The notes: generated by a model not told the origin, from the sequence alone. A stretch of DNA of 64,000 nt from Candidatus Gastranaerophilales bacterium (GCA_045598245.1 JAZLLQ010000042.1:2976-66975); one strand, 5' to 3'. Positions 16,527 through 27,870 are shown, counted from the stretch's first letter. Numbers and translations are program-made.

Positions 16527-19142
16527 GTGTTTTGCAAAATGAAAATATCTCCTATATATAATATTAATGAAAATGATTTTAATATTAAAAGTAAGCATAG
16601 AAATACTTACGGGTTTAATTTTTCATACAAAACATTAAAATTTGGCACTAAAGCAGACAGCTTAGAATTCTCAACGACTCAATATAAAAAAGAAAAAAGG
16701 GAATTTAAACCGAAATTTGTTAAAGAAAAATCTGAAATAGAGTATTTTTTAAGACAAAACGAATATTCGCCTGAGCGTATTGCAAGTGTTATAAGTCGTA
16801 TAAACGGTTCTAATTTGGATATAGTACAAACTATATGCACAAGTGAAAGTTGGAGAGATATTTATGACATAATGAATTGTTTAAACAAGGACAATATTGA
16901 ATTTGTGAGAAAACTTTGTTTTGATAAAGAATTTCCCAAAGAAAAAATTTCAGGAATTTTATCTGGACTAAAAGATTTTAATATGGAGTTTGCCGAGAAA
17001 CTTTGCTTTGATAAAAATTTCCCAAAAACAATAATTGAAGAAATATTATTAGAAACAAATAAAGATAACGTTCATTTTGCGGAGAGATTATGTTTTGACA
17101 AAAAAGCCGAACATATAAACAGAAATCATATAGGCAAAATACTCTCAAATGTAAACAAAGACAATATAAATATAGCTGAGACATTATGTTTTAAAAAAGA
17201 ATTTTCGCCAAGTGCCATTGATGATATTCTTGAGAATATTAATACAACGTCACCCAATATTTCTCTTATAAAAGAACTTTTAAAATATGATATTCCCGAA
17301 GATACAATATCTAATATTCTATGGAAAACAAAAGATAACAAGGAAGAACTTATTCGGGATAAAATTGAATATGTAAGATTAATAAAAGATGCAAGTGTGG
17401 ATGGGTTTGAGCTTGAATATATTCTAACAAATTCAGTTTTCCCGTTTGCTTATTATTTTTATAAAGCATCTGTTCAAGATAATGAGACTGCTAAAAAAAC
17501 AGTAAAAGCACAAGAAGAAAGATGCTTAAAATATCCTGAATTGTATTGCAACGGTGTTTATGACAATTACTATGATTATAAAGTTAAATGCAATAATTTC
17601 TTTGAAAATGAAAATAACAGGTATGCATTGGCAACTTTGGCAGATATTCTCGGAGCAGAAGCACTCAATGACTTTTTGGGATACAGATTTGATGTGGTAA
17701 AAGAATATTTTGCAAAAATACAGTCAACACTTAATTACAATGATTTAAAACTTTTAAAAAGCATGGTGAATTCGAAAAAACCAAACAGACAAAACTTTAT
17801 ATCAAAAGAAAAAATAAGCCTTGTAGATACACTTTTAGCATATAAAAGCCTAGGACTTGATAATAAAAAAATAGAACAAATGTTATCAAAAGGCTGCCTA
17901 GATACCAATGAACTTCATATTGATATATTGAAAGGACTATTTATAAAATACGGATTAAGCAAACAGGAATTTGATAATACAGATAATGAAATACTTTCTA
18001 AATGGAATTTAAAATACATACAACTGCTTGAAGAAGAAATGAAATTAGATATGCATCATGTATTTCTTGATGTAATAAAAGGTGCAAATACAGGTGATTT
18101 TAAAAATTATATTCACAACAAGCAACATCCTTACGGCTTAGCAAACAAAAGAACTCGAAAAGAGTTTGAAACTTATGGTTTAGACTATGATGCATGGGTA
18201 AATCCGCCCCAAAGTACAGTTACACTATTTAAACACCGTGATAAAACAGCAAAAATCTTATCAAATTCAGTATTTATGATAACAAATGCAATTGAAGAAT
18301 TAAGACGTACGCCTGCAAAAGAGTATATTGATAAAGTTTTAAGTAACTGTATAAAATCAGGGAACTTCGCTATTCCGGAAGAAACGGCACGAAATAAAGA
18401 GAAATTATGTAATTTAGTGAATAATATTCTCGGGCAGCTAAATAAAGTTTGGCAACGAGCATATCAGAATGTACACAATCCGACAGACAGACAGCAAGCG
18501 GCAATTGCAAGAAGAACGCTGAGTATTCAATTTACACTATCACAGGTTAAAAATGCACTGCAAGACTTGCAAAAAGTTGAGAGTAAAAAAAATATCAACC
18601 AAACTATAAAAATGTGGGATAGAAACCCACAAAAAGATTTATTTCAAGGCAATTATTCAAATTGTTGCATTGGCATAAATAAATCAAACGGAAATGTTAT
18701 GCCAAGTTATCTTTTAAATACCATGTTTAATATGATGGAAATAATTGATAATGATTCCGGCGAAACAATAGGTAATGCCCTTGTTTATTATGCAAAAGAC
18801 GAGAAAAATCAACCTTATTTTGTAATAGATAACATTGAAATTCATAACCATTACAGAAAAACATCAGATATAGAACTTGAACTCAGGGATGCAATTACCG
18901 AATTTGCACAAAAAATCAATATGGCTGTTACTAAAAAAGCTGATACCCCGATAATTATTGGTGAAGAGCATAATGATATCACTCTTGCATATCTGCCAAA
19001 TTTGTCAGAAGAATTGAGTCCTATCGGTTCTATGGAGTGTAACGAAATGTATTTAGACCTATTCGGCGGAAGACAGTTTGACGTTAATTCAATAAAAAAA
19101 CAAGTTGAATTTTTTGACTTACTTCATCCGATTTGCAAATAA
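16527..19142 (+). CDS. large hypothetical protein with about 6 tandem LCFDK repeats and a Cys-containing C-terminal domain
   Basis: 871-aa ORF; the likely start is ATG 16539 (MKISPIY). The roughly 30-aa repeats include NIEFVRKLCFDKEFPKEKISGIL, NMEFAEKLCFDKNFPKTIIEEIL, NVHFAERLCFDKK..., NINIAETLCFKKEFSPSAIDDIL and NISLIKELLKYDIPEDTISNIL. The C-terminal region contains LFQGNYSNCCIG and FVIDNIEIHNHY. Confidence 0.7.
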   Translation: MFCKMKISPIYNINENDFNIKSKHRNTYGFNFSYKTLKFGTKADSLEFSTTQYKKEKREFKPKFVKEKSEIEYFLRQNEYSPERIASVISRINGSNLDIVQTICTSESWRDIYDIMNCLNKDNIEFVRKLCFDKEFPKEKISGILSGLKDFNMEFAEKLCFDKNFPKTIIEEILLETNKDNVHFAERLCFDKKAEHINRNHIGKILSNVNKDNINIAETLCFKKEFSPSAIDDILENINTTSPNISLIKELLKYDIPEDTISNILWKTKDNKEELIRDKIEYVRLIKDASVDGFELEYILTNSVFPFAYYFYKASVQDNETAKKTVKAQEERCLKYPELYCNGVYDNYYDYKVKCNNFFENENNRYALATLADILGAEALNDFLGYRFDVVKEYFAKIQSTLNYNDLKLLKSMVNSKKPNRQNFISKEKISLVDTLLAYKSLGLDNKKIEQMLSKGCLDTNELHIDILKGLFIKYGLSKQEFDNTDNEILSKWNLKYIQLLEEEMKLDMHHVFLDVIKGANTGDFKNYIHNKQHPYGLANKRTRKEFETYGLDYDAWVNPPQSTVTLFKHRDKTAKILSNSVFMITNAIEELRRTPAKEYIDKVLSNCIKSGNFAIPEETARNKEKLCNLVNNILGQLNKVWQRAYQNVHNPTDRQQAAIARRTLSIQFTLSQVKNALQDLQKVESKKNINQTIKMWDRNPQKDLFQGNYSNCCIGINKSNGNVMPSYLLNTMFNMMEIIDNDSGETIGNALVYYAKDEKNQPYFVIDNIEIHNHYRKTSDIELELRDAITEFAQKINMAVTKKADTPIIIGEEHNDITLAYLPNLSEELSPIGSMECNEMYLDLFGGRQFDVNSIKKQVEFFDLLHPICK

Positions 19143-19210
19143 TTTATCTGCCACCAATATTAGCCTCATTTTTATTTTAGTGATAATATTTTGTAAGCGA
19201 GGTAATTAAT

Positions 19211-20260
19211 ATGATAGCAAGAAGAAAATCAAAAAAAATCAATATTGGGAATGTTGAAGTTGGTGGGGATGCCCCAATTTCAGTTCAGTCAATGTGCAAT
19301 TCAGATACGCGAGATATCAAAAGTACGGTAAGGCAAATTCAAGAATTAACTGATGCAGGTTGCGAAATAATAAGAGTTGCCGTCCTCGACAAAGAAGCAG
19401 CACAAGCAATTGGAACAATCAAAAAAGAAATAAAAATTCCGATAATTGCGGATATTCATTTTGATTACAGACTTGCTATTGAAGCAATTAATCAAGGTGT
19501 AGATGCATTGAGATTAAACCCCGGGAACATAGGAAGACGAGAATTTGTAGAAAAAGTCACAACTCTTGCCAAAGAACGTCAAACACCAATAAGAATAGGT
19601 ATAAATACAGGTTCACTTGAAAAAGAAGTTCAAAAAACAGATTTGACTTTGCCTGAAAAAATGGTTCTCAGCGCAAAAAAACATATTGAGATTTTAGAGA
19701 GTTTAGATTTTGATTTAATAAAAGTTTCATTAAAATCTTCAAATGTTACAACAATGATAGAGGCATACGAGCTTCTTGCAAAAGAAATCGACTACCCGCT
19801 TCATCTTGGCGTAACGGAAGCAGGTACGATGAAAGGCGGTTTAATCAAGTCTGCCGTTGGTATAGGAACACTTTTACATAAAGGTATTGGAGATACAATA
19901 AGAGTTTCCCTGACAGAAAATCCCGTTGAAGAAGTTTATGCGGGCTTTGAAATTTTAAAATCTTTGAATTTAAGGAAAAAAGGAATAAATTTTGTAAGTT
20001 GTCCTACATGCGGAAGGTGCAAATATGATTTAATCGGACTTGCCAAAAAAGTGGAAAATAAATTTAAAAATGTCGATAAATCTATAACATTAGCAGTAAT
20101 GGGTTGTCCTGTTAACGGACCCGGGGAAGCTAAAAATGCAGATATAGGTGTTGCCGGTGGTGAAGGGTTCGTATATATTTTTAAGAAGGGTGAAATCATT
20201 ATGAAAAGCCCTGAAAGTGAAGTGCTTCCTATATTAGAAAAATTAATAGCTGAATTATAA
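19211..20260 (+). CDS. ispG: 4-hydroxy-3-methylbut-2-en-1-yl diphosphate synthase (GcpE)
   Basis: 349 aa. The N-terminal TIM-barrel part has SVQSMCNSDTRD. The C-terminal 4Fe-4S motif is CPTCGRC ... GCPVNGPGEA. Confidence 0.95.
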   Translation: MIARRKSKKINIGNVEVGGDAPISVQSMCNSDTRDIKSTVRQIQELTDAGCEIIRVAVLDKEAAQAIGTIKKEIKIPIIADIHFDYRLAIEAINQGVDALRLNPGNIGRREFVEKVTTLAKERQTPIRIGINTGSLEKEVQKTDLTLPEKMVLSAKKHIEILESLDFDLIKVSLKSSNVTTMIEAYELLAKEIDYPLHLGVTEAGTMKGGLIKSAVGIGTLLHKGIGDTIRVSLTENPVEEVYAGFEILKSLNLRKKGINFVSCPTCGRCKYDLIGLAKKVENKFKNVDKSITLAVMGCPVNGPGEAKNADIGVAGGEGFVYIFKKGEIIMKSPESEVLPILEKLIAEL

Positions 20261-20300
20261 AAAACTTGCCCGAAAAAACAGCCTATTGTAATATATTGAT

Positions 20301-20921
20301 ATGAATATTATTGATGAAAAAACAAATAAAGTACCGTTTGACCCCGGGTTTGCACCGTATGTTTTAGTATTTTCCACTACATATTATTATATGGAAGCCG
20401 AAGTACGAAAATTCAAAAATGCAAACCAACGTAAAATGAAATACAAATCATTTGAATCAGGCATAATGAAACTTTGCGATAATCTGATAAGTTTTTATTT
20501 TGGCGGAATGTTGTATGGTGCTTATTTGAAAAATAAATTTAAAAATGACCCAAAAGAGCTTGATGGCAATGATTTTATCGGGGCAAATCTTGAGGATTGC
20601 AAAAACGGTGATGTTTCAATAGAAGTAAAAGCCTTGGAAAAATTCATAAAATCAAATGACAGAAACCCCTTTGCTTCAAGAAAAATCAACCCTAAATATA
20701 TTGAGATAATTGATGATTATATTGAATTTTTAGAGCAAAATGAATATTTTATCAACGTGAAAACAACAAATGAGATAAAAATACCGGCAGGATTATCATT
20801 TATAAACAAATTTGAAGATAAAGAATTAGATGAAATTCTTGATACCATCGAAAATGTTATTTCTTCAAAGAAAATAGAAAATATTTTAATATCAAAATAT
20901 ATGGAAGAAATAAAAATATAG
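20301..20921 (+). CDS. hypothetical protein
   Basis: 206-aa ORF with no recognisable family. Confidence 0.5.
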   Translation: MNIIDEKTNKVPFDPGFAPYVLVFSTTYYYMEAEVRKFKNANQRKMKYKSFESGIMKLCDNLISFYFGGMLYGAYLKNKFKNDPKELDGNDFIGANLEDCKNGDVSIEVKALEKFIKSNDRNPFASRKINPKYIEIIDDYIEFLEQNEYFINVKTTNEIKIPAGLSFINKFEDKELDEILDTIENVISSKKIENILISKYMEEIKI

Positions 20922-21099
20922 CATTAATATAATGACACTTTTCTTAATATTTTGTAATATTTATACATTTTTTTAACAATTTTGTTGTGAAGGTAGTTTT
21001 TACATGTGTATAAATAGAGAAACGCACACAATCATAGACACACATAACAACCTAACACTACCTTCATAACACAAACGGTGATTAAAACCAAAAGTGTTA

Positions 21100-21124
21100 C
21101 CTCCTCACAAGGAGGATTTTTTTT
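21100..21124 (+). terminator. short GC stem plus T8 tract, the possible 3' end of a small RNA or long 3' UTR
   Basis: cctcc-tcacaa-ggagg followed by atttttttt. It sits 180 nt after the stop of 20301..20921. The next gene is on the opposite strand. Confidence 0.45.
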
Positions 21125-21132
21125 GGTAAAAT

Positions 21133-21567
21133 TTAAACTTTTTCTATATTTTCTTCTTTTACAAATTCTTCAAACAAAATGCAGGCATCTTCAATACAAC
21201 CTTGACATGTTCTTAAGATAGGCTTCCCGTTAAGACCTTTTATTTCGGCACAAACAGTAGAACCGACTTTTGCTTTAAATTTTTCCGATGCTTCTTTTGC
21301 GAGTTTATAAGTAGACCCTTTTGTTATATTTTCGCAAGAACCACTGCTGTTTTTTAAGCCTAAAAGCATTATTAAACCACTCAAAGCTCCGCATATGGTT
21401 TGAACTCCCATGCCTGCACCAAAACCTTCAGACAGTCTGAAAGCAGTTTTTTCATCAACACCAAATATATCACAATATGCACAAACAACAGACTGTGAAC
21501 AATTCATACCTTGATTATGAAATTCTGCTGCTTTTTTAATTCTGTTTTCTAACATAATACATCTCAC
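21133..21567 (-). CDS. C_GCAxxG_C_C family redox protein
   Basis: 144 aa (probable start MLENRIKK at 21555). Conserved Cys pattern: NCSQSVVCAYC, ICGALSG, and the C-terminal CQGCIEDAC. Confidence 0.8.
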   Translation of the reverse strand: MRCIMLENRIKKAAEFHNQGMNCSQSVVCAYCDIFGVDEKTAFRLSEGFGAGMGVQTICGALSGLIMLLGLKNSSGSCENITKGSTYKLAKEASEKFKAKVGSTVCAEIKGLNGKPILRTCQGCIEDACILFEEFVKEENIEKV

Positions 21568-21664
21568 ATTTTAATAATCTTGCTACAATATATTTTTTCA
21601 CAAAAATAAAAATATAGCAGTTAATTTATTTCTGTTGTAAAGTAATAAAAAGAGGTTTTACTAA

Positions 21665-21931
21665 ATGAGATTAGATAAATTTTTAAAAGTTTCAAGATTA
21701 ATAAAAAGAAGAACTGTAGCAAAAGATATTGCAGATAAGGCAAGAATTTTTGTCAATAATAATCCTGCAAAACCTGCTAAAGAAGTAAAAGTTGGGGACA
21801 AAATAACAATAGAATATTTGAATCGTTCGGTAATTGTTGAAGTCGCTAAAATTCCGACAGGGAATGTAGCTGTTCAAGAAGCTAAAGATTTATACATTCT
21901 TGTTGAAGAAATTATTCACGAAAATGCATAA
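21665..21931 (+). CDS. rqcP: small S4-domain RNA-binding protein (YabO/RqcP-like)
   Basis: 88 aa. The N-terminus MRLDKFLKVSRLIKRRTVAKDIAD is nearly identical in pattern to my recollection of B. subtilis YabO (RqcP). Confidence 0.75.
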   Translation: MRLDKFLKVSRLIKRRTVAKDIADKARIFVNNNPAKPAKEVKVGDKITIEYLNRSVIVEVAKIPTGNVAVQEAKDLYILVEEIIHENA

Positions 21932-21937
21932 AATAAA

Positions 21938-21960
21938 AGAGGCGATAAAGTATCGCCTCT
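21938..21960 (-). terminator. Rho-independent terminator downstream of nrdJ
   Basis: Stem agaggcgata / tatcgcctct with a 3-nt loop. On the minus strand it is followed by uuuuauuuu. Confidence 0.55.
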
Positions 21961-21988
21961 CCCAAAATAAACAAGGTTATTACATTTC

Positions 21989-23980
21989 TTAACTACACCC
22001 TGAGTATCCGCAATTTAAGCAAATAAAACATCCTTCCGAATATTCTATCTTATTACCACACTCAGGACAGATTTTTACTTTAACTTCGCCTGCATATTGT
22101 GTTACAGGTTCAGTTTTCTTTGGTTCTTCCTTAATTTCTGCTTTTACTTCTTCTACAGCTTTTTCTTCTTCTTTCTTTTTCAAATTCATCGGTTGAATAT
22201 CTCTGCTGTTGTTACGATATACAGTTATGCCTTTTAAGTTGCATTTATAAGCAAGGTAGTATGTTTTTTCAATATCTTCTCTTGTTGCTTCTTCGACAAA
22301 GTTAACTGTTTTAGAAACAGCATTATCAGTGTGTAGTTGGAAAGCAGCTTGCATTTTTACGTGCCATTCAGGTGAAACATCATGAGCAGTAACAAATACT
22401 TGTTGAACTTCTTCGGGTACACCGTCAACTCCATGAACAGTACCTTTTTCAGATATTTTACCCATTAATTCTTCTGAGTAGAAACCTTGAGCTTTAGCTA
22501 ACTTTTCAAATATGGGGTTAACTTCATACATTAATGTTCCGTCCATTACATTTCTCAAGAATACCAATCCGAATAATGGTTCAACACCTCCGGATGTACT
22601 TGCTATCATTGAGATAGTTCCCGTAGGAGCAATACATGTAGTCGTTGCGTTTCTTATGCCGGTCTTAGCAATTTGTGCGTCAAGTTCAGCCCATTGTTCA
22701 TCAGAAATCATACCTGCTGATTTACCTTTATACTTAGCTGAAAGATAATTTTGTCCGTCATAGATACTACCGTTAAATGAAGCGAATTTACCACGCTCTT
22801 TGGACAGTTCTATTGATTCAACTTTTGAATGATAATCGATAAATTCCATAATTTGAGAGGCTAATTTTGTACCTTCTTCACTATTATAAGGAATATTCAA
22901 CATCATCAACATATCTGCCCAACCCATTACTCCTAAACCGATTTTACGGTTAGAAGTAACCATTTCGGCAATTTTTGGTAACGGATAATTATTAATTGTG
23001 ATTACGTTATCAAGGAAGTGAATAGCTAATCTTGTAACTTCAGCAAGTTTATCCCAATTAATTGTATTACCGTCAACAAATCTGCTCAAATTAATTGAAC
23101 CTAAGTTGCATGCTTCAAAAGGCAACAATGGAACTTCACCGCAAGGGTTAGTTGACTCAATAGGTCCGATTTGAGGAGTCGGATTATCTGCGTTCATATT
23201 ATCAATAAAGATTATACCCGGTTCACCGTTTCTCCATGCGTGGTCAACAATTTTATCGAATACTTCTTTTGCATTCATTTTCTTTACACATTCTTTTGTT
23301 TTAGGATGAATCAATTCATAATCTTCACCTTTTAAAACGGCTTCCATAAATTTATTTGTAACTGCAACGGAAATATTGAAGTTATTTAATTTAGACCCAT
23401 CAAATTTTGCATCAATAAATTCTAAAATATCAGGGTGGTCAACTCTTAAAATACCCATGTTTGCACCACGGCGTGTTCCGCCTTGCTTAATAGCTTCGGT
23501 AGCAGCGTTGAATACTTCCATAAAAGAAATTGGTCCTGAGGAAACACCCATTGTAGTTTTTACAACATCATTTTTTGGTCTTAAATGGGAGAAGTTAAAA
23601 CCTGTACCGCCGCCACTTTTATGTATTAATGCCGTATTTTTAATTGTTTCAAAAATTTCTTCCAAAGAATCTTCAACCGGAAGTACAAAGCATGCCGCCA
23701 ATTGTCCTAAATCTCTTCCTGCATTCATCAATGTAGGACTGTTGGGCATAAAATATCGCTGTGCTATAAAATTGTAGAATTGCTTAGTTAATTCATCAAC
23801 CTCAGACTGACTCTTTCCGTATTTCAAATCAGCATTAGCCAATGTAGATGCAACACGATAAAATAAATCTTTTGGGGTTTCAATAGGATTACCCTCTTTA
23901 TCTCTCTTCAAGTATCTTTTTTCAAGAACTTTTAAACCATTTTCGCTAAGAGATATTTCTTCTAATGTTTCAGTACTCAC
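21989..23980 (-). CDS. nrdJ: class II (adenosylcobalamin-dependent) ribonucleotide reductase with a C-terminal zinc ribbon
   Basis: 663 aa. Motifs: NPCGEVPL (active-site Cys), [19 protein letters not shown]-terminal [21 protein letters not shown]. Confidence 0.9.
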   Translation of the reverse strand: MSTETLEEISLSENGLKVLEKRYLKRDKEGNPIETPKDLFYRVASTLANADLKYGKSQSEVDELTKQFYNFIAQRYFMPNSPTLMNAGRDLGQLAACFVLPVEDSLEEIFETIKNTALIHKSGGGTGFNFSHLRPKNDVVKTTMGVSSGPISFMEVFNAATEAIKQGGTRRGANMGILRVDHPDILEFIDAKFDGSKLNNFNISVAVTNKFMEAVLKGEDYELIHPKTKECVKKMNAKEVFDKIVDHAWRNGEPGIIFIDNMNADNPTPQIGPIESTNPCGEVPLLPFEACNLGSINLSRFVDGNTINWDKLAEVTRLAIHFLDNVITINNYPLPKIAEMVTSNRKIGLGVMGWADMLMMLNIPYNSEEGTKLASQIMEFIDYHSKVESIELSKERGKFASFNGSIYDGQNYLSAKYKGKSAGMISDEQWAELDAQIAKTGIRNATTTCIAPTGTISMIASTSGGVEPLFGLVFLRNVMDGTLMYEVNPIFEKLAKAQGFYSEELMGKISEKGTVHGVDGVPEEVQQVFVTAHDVSPEWHVKMQAAFQLHTDNAVSKTVNFVEEATREDIEKTYYLAYKCNLKGITVYRNNSRDIQPMNLKKKEEEKAVEEVKAEIKEEPKKTEPVTQYAGEVKVKICPECGNKIEYSEGCFICLNCGYSGCS

Positions 23981-24086
23981 TGTATTTCTCCTCCAGCTCT
24001 TAAATACCCTGTGTTATATAATTCTATCATGAGCATGCCCTTTTTTGTCAAAGTGTAAATATTTGTTTACGATAATTATAAAAAAA

Positions 24087-24108
24087 GGCGACCCCAAAAG
24101 AAGTCGCC
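24087..24108. terminator. bidirectional terminator
   Basis: ggcgac-cccaaaagaa-gtcgcc flanked by an A6 tract and a T6 tract. It lies downstream of the minus-strand gene 24133..24729. Confidence 0.6.
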
Positions 24109-24132
24109 TTTTTTATTTTGAAATTTTTTGAA

Positions 24133-24729
24133 TTATTCTGCGTCAGCAGGTCTTTCTTCGGGTTGAGTAACACCGCTTGAACCTTCTTCCAAGAATTTTT
24201 CAAATTGTTCTTTCATTGTACCAACAGGATCTGCACCAAACATTAAACCGTTAGAAACGTGAGCTTTATCAAGAGTATTCGGGTTGATTAGATAAAGTGT
24301 CGGGAAACCTGTAACATTGTATTGTTGCATATACTTTCTGTTTTCAGGATTTTCACTGTTGATGTATACAAAAGTATATTTTTTCTTCAAATCTTTATCT
24401 TTAGAAAGTTCTGCGTAAGTAGGTGCAAATCTCTTACAGAAACCACACCAGTCAGCAAAGAATAAAACTGCAACAGGTTTTCTCTTTGAAATAGCTTTTT
24501 CTAAAGAAATAGATTTTTTAGCATACTTTTGTGAGATTTTTTCTTCATCCCCTGCAGAAGGTGCTTCGTGTGAAGGTTGAGCTGCAACAATTCTTTGTCC
24601 TTCTCCTTCAGCAGAAGGTGCAGACGGGGCAAATCCTTTAATAACAATAGTTACAGACATTAATAAAACTGCAATTGCAATAACTAAGTTGGCTAAAACC
24701 AATTTTCCTAACATTTTTTCGTCAAACAT
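24133..24729 (-). CDS. membrane-anchored thioredoxin-like protein
   Basis: 198 aa. N-terminal TM helix LVLANLVIAIAVLLMSVTIVI and a thioredoxin-fold CxxC motif, WCGFCKRF. Confidence 0.75.
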   Translation of the reverse strand: MFDEKMLGKLVLANLVIAIAVLLMSVTIVIKGFAPSAPSAEGEGQRIVAAQPSHEAPSAGDEEKISQKYAKKSISLEKAISKRKPVAVLFFADWCGFCKRFAPTYAELSKDKDLKKKYTFVYINSENPENRKYMQQYNVTGFPTLYLINPNTLDKAHVSNGLMFGADPVGTMKEQFEKFLEEGSSGVTQPEERPADAE

Positions 24730-25954
24730 ATAATTTCGCTCCTTTCGGGACTACGGTAACACCATTAGGTGATACGTAAAATCCTCTTTTAATATCCTCT
24801 TCTTTGTTAATACCTATTTTAGCATAATCAGGAATTTTTACAACTTTATCGATGATAGCCTTATGTATGACGGCGTTTCTACCGATTTGTACATCTTCCA
24901 TTAATATCGAATCTGAAACTTGAGAAAAGCTGTTTACTCTTACATTAGGTGATAAAACGCAACGTGTAATTTTACCGCCGCTGATAACACATCCTTCAGA
25001 AACTAAAGATTTTATCGCCATGCCGGTTCTGTCCTCTTCTTCGCGAACAAATCTTGCCGGAGGATAGTTGTAGTTATAGGTTCTGATTGGCCAATCCATG
25101 TTGTACAGATTAAATTCCGGATTATAAGCCAACAAATCCATGTTAGCCTGCCAATAAGCGTCAACGTCACCCACATCTCTCCAATATCCCTGTTCCGTTT
25201 CTGACATTCCTGGGTGTGTATTAACGCTGAAATCATAGACATACACGTCTTTTTCTTTCATTAATGCAGGGATAACGTCTTTACCGAAGTCATGAGAAGA
25301 ATCTTTGTCCTTTGCGTCTTTTGATAGAGAGTCTGCCAAAACGTCATGGTCAAAAATGTAATTCCCCATAGATGCAAGAACGTATCCTTTTTTACCCGGC
25401 ATTTCTTTCACCTGCCCTTTTGGTTTTTCTTTAAAGGCAGTTAATTTCCAATCATCATCGACTTCCATTATTCCGAATCTGTGAGCTTCTGATAACGGAA
25501 CAGGAATGGCGCTAATCGTGAGTGCTGCTCTGTTTTTTTTGTGAAATTTCAACATTTGTGAAATATCCATTTTAAAAACACTATCACCACCAAAAATACA
25601 AACGAATTGAGGATTTTCATCGGAAATAGCATTCATATTTTGATATACTGCATCGGCTGTACCTGAATACCAACCCCCACCGGTACGCATTTGAGCAGGC
25701 AAAAGGTCAACATAATGATTAACAATAGGTGATAACGGCCACCCTCTTACGATGTGCTTATTCAATGAGTCTGATTTGTATTGCGTCAAAACTTTAATTT
25801 TATAGAAACCTGAGTTTATAAAATTATTTAACACAAAGTCAATAATTCTGTACCTTCCGCCGAACGGAACAGCAGGTTTAGCCCTGTCCTTGGTTAAAGG
25901 ATAAAGTCTTTTGCCTTCGCCGCCTGCTAAAATCATTACAAGAGTATCATTCAT
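24722..25954 (-). CDS. glgC: glucose-1-phosphate adenylyltransferase
   Basis: 410 aa. Motifs ILAGGEGKRLYPLTKDRAKPAVPFGG, GTADAV, and a C-terminal left-handed beta-helix region. Confidence 0.92.
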   Translation of the reverse strand: MNDTLVMILAGGEGKRLYPLTKDRAKPAVPFGGRYRIIDFVLNNFINSGFYKIKVLTQYKSDSLNKHIVRGWPLSPIVNHYVDLLPAQMRTGGGWYSGTADAVYQNMNAISDENPQFVCIFGGDSVFKMDISQMLKFHKKNRAALTISAIPVPLSEAHRFGIMEVDDDWKLTAFKEKPKGQVKEMPGKKGYVLASMGNYIFDHDVLADSLSKDAKDKDSSHDFGKDVIPALMKEKDVYVYDFSVNTHPGMSETEQGYWRDVGDVDAYWQANMDLLAYNPEFNLYNMDWPIRTYNYNYPPARFVREEEDRTGMAIKSLVSEGCVISGGKITRCVLSPNVRVNSFSQVSDSILMEDVQIGRNAVIHKAIIDKVVKIPDYAKIGINKEEDIKRGFYVSPNGVTVVPKGAKLYV

Positions 25955-25957
25955 ACA

Positions 25958-27751
25958 TTAATCCTCTACACTTAATACTGCCATAAAAGCCTCTTGTGGA
26001 ATTTCGACCTTTCCCACAGATTTCATACGTTTTTTACCGGCTTTTTGTTTTTCCAACAATTTTTTCTTACGGGTTATATCACCACCATAACATTTATCTA
26101 AAACACTCTTTCTCAGAGCTTTTACGTTCGTTCTTGCAATAACTCTTCCTCCGATAGCTGCCTGAATAGCTACTTCAAACATTTGACGGGGAATAATATC
26201 TTTTAGTTTTGAAGTCAATTTTTGTCCCATATAAGAAGCACTATCCTGATGGACAATGCAACTCAAAGCATCAACAACTTCACCTGCCAGCAGAATATCA
26301 AGTTTTACCAATTTTGAAGCCTGATAATTCAAAAATTCATAATCCATACTTGCATAACCTTTTGAGCAGGATTTTAATTTGTCGTAAAAATCAGTAATTA
26401 CCTCTGCCAGAGGCATTTCGTACTCGAGATTAACTCTTGTGGTATCAAGATATTTCATATTTTTGAAATTACCACGTTTGTTTTGGCATAAATCCATTAA
26501 CTGTCCGACAAAATCGTTAGGCGTAATAATATTTATTTTCACAAAAGGTTCTTCTATTCTTTCACGATACTGAGCATCCGGTAAATTTGCGGGATTATCT
26601 ATCATTAATACTTCACCGTTCGTTTTTACAACCTTGTAAACTACGCTTGGGGCAGTGATTACCAAAGAGAGGTCATATTCTCTCTCCAGTCTTTCCTGAG
26701 CAATTTCCATGTGTAACATGCCAAGGAAACCGCATCTGAAACCAAATCCCAAAGCATTTGAGCTTTCAGGTTCAAAAGTAATACTGCTGTCATTAAGTTT
26801 TAATCGCTCCAATGCTTCTTTCAAATCGCCATATTGGTCATTATCAACAGGAAACATACCCGAAAATACCATCGGAACAGCTTTTTTATAGCCGGGCAAA
26901 GGTTCTGTTGCAGAGTTTTCATCCAATGTTATTGTATCGCCGACAAGTTGCGTGACTTCTTTAATTGATGCGGCACAATAACCAACTTCACCGGTTTTGA
27001 TAACTTTTGCAGGAGTTCTTGTAGGACGCATATAACCTAATTCAACAAGGTCATAAGTTTTATCTGATGCCATAAATTTTATTTTGTCATTATCGTGCAA
27101 TTCCCCGTCAACAACTTTAAAATAGTTTACCGTACCCAAATACGGGTCATACGCACTATCAAATACCAACGCTCTCAATGGTTTATCACTTGTATCAATG
27201 GGATGAGGAACTCTTTTTACAATAGCTTCAAGTACATCTTCAACCCCAAGACCTGTTTTAGCACTTACTAAAATTGCCTCTGAAGCATCAATACCAATTA
27301 TATTTTCGATTTCTTGTTTTACTCTGTCAACATCGGCACTCGGAAGGTCAATTTTATTGATGACCGGTATTATTTCAAGATTTTGATCAATAGCCATATA
27401 AACATTCGCTAAAGTTTGTGCTTCAACACCCTGCGTGGCGTCAACAACAAGCAAAGCACCTTCACAAGCTGCTAAACTCCTTGAAACTTCATAGGAAAAA
27501 TCAACATGTCCCGGGGTATCTATAAGGTTTAGAATGTACTCTTTACCGTCATGAGCCTTATAATTCATTCTTGCTGCCTGAAGTTTTATCGTAATTCCAC
27601 GTTCTCTTTCAATGTCCATATTATCAAGCAGTTGATCTTTCATATCACGACTTGAAACAGTATTGGTTTTTTCCAATAAACGATCGGCAAGAGTGGACTT
27701 GCCGTGATCAATATGAGCTATTATACAAAAATTTCTTATATGGTCTATCAT
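25958..27751 (-). CDS. lepA: translation elongation factor 4
   Basis: 597 aa. [30 protein letters not shown] and NKIDL GTPase motifs, plus the LepA-specific C-terminus. Confidence 0.97.
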   Translation of the reverse strand: MIDHIRNFCIIAHIDHGKSTLADRLLEKTNTVSSRDMKDQLLDNMDIERERGITIKLQAARMNYKAHDGKEYILNLIDTPGHVDFSYEVSRSLAACEGALLVVDATQGVEAQTLANVYMAIDQNLEIIPVINKIDLPSADVDRVKQEIENIIGIDASEAILVSAKTGLGVEDVLEAIVKRVPHPIDTSDKPLRALVFDSAYDPYLGTVNYFKVVDGELHDNDKIKFMASDKTYDLVELGYMRPTRTPAKVIKTGEVGYCAASIKEVTQLVGDTITLDENSATEPLPGYKKAVPMVFSGMFPVDNDQYGDLKEALERLKLNDSSITFEPESSNALGFGFRCGFLGMLHMEIAQERLEREYDLSLVITAPSVVYKVVKTNGEVLMIDNPANLPDAQYRERIEEPFVKINIITPNDFVGQLMDLCQNKRGNFKNMKYLDTTRVNLEYEMPLAEVITDFYDKLKSCSKGYASMDYEFLNYQASKLVKLDILLAGEVVDALSCIVHQDSASYMGQKLTSKLKDIIPRQMFEVAIQAAIGGRVIARTNVKALRKSVLDKCYGGDITRKKKLLEKQKAGKKRMKSVGKVEIPQEAFMAVLSVED

Positions 27752-27870
27752 AACATTTATTCTAGTATAAAAAATTTTCTAATGGAAGGAATTATCGCAT
27801 ATATACACTTTATGACGTAATTATTACTACAGCAAACAAGTATTTACACGTAAAAGCATAACAAAATTAA

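Noticed and set aside
18556-18568. 13-nt match between spacer 16 (tgcaagtcttgca) and the host gene 16527..19142
   Set aside because: The shared word is a near-palindrome and the flanks do not match. It is too short to be a protospacer.
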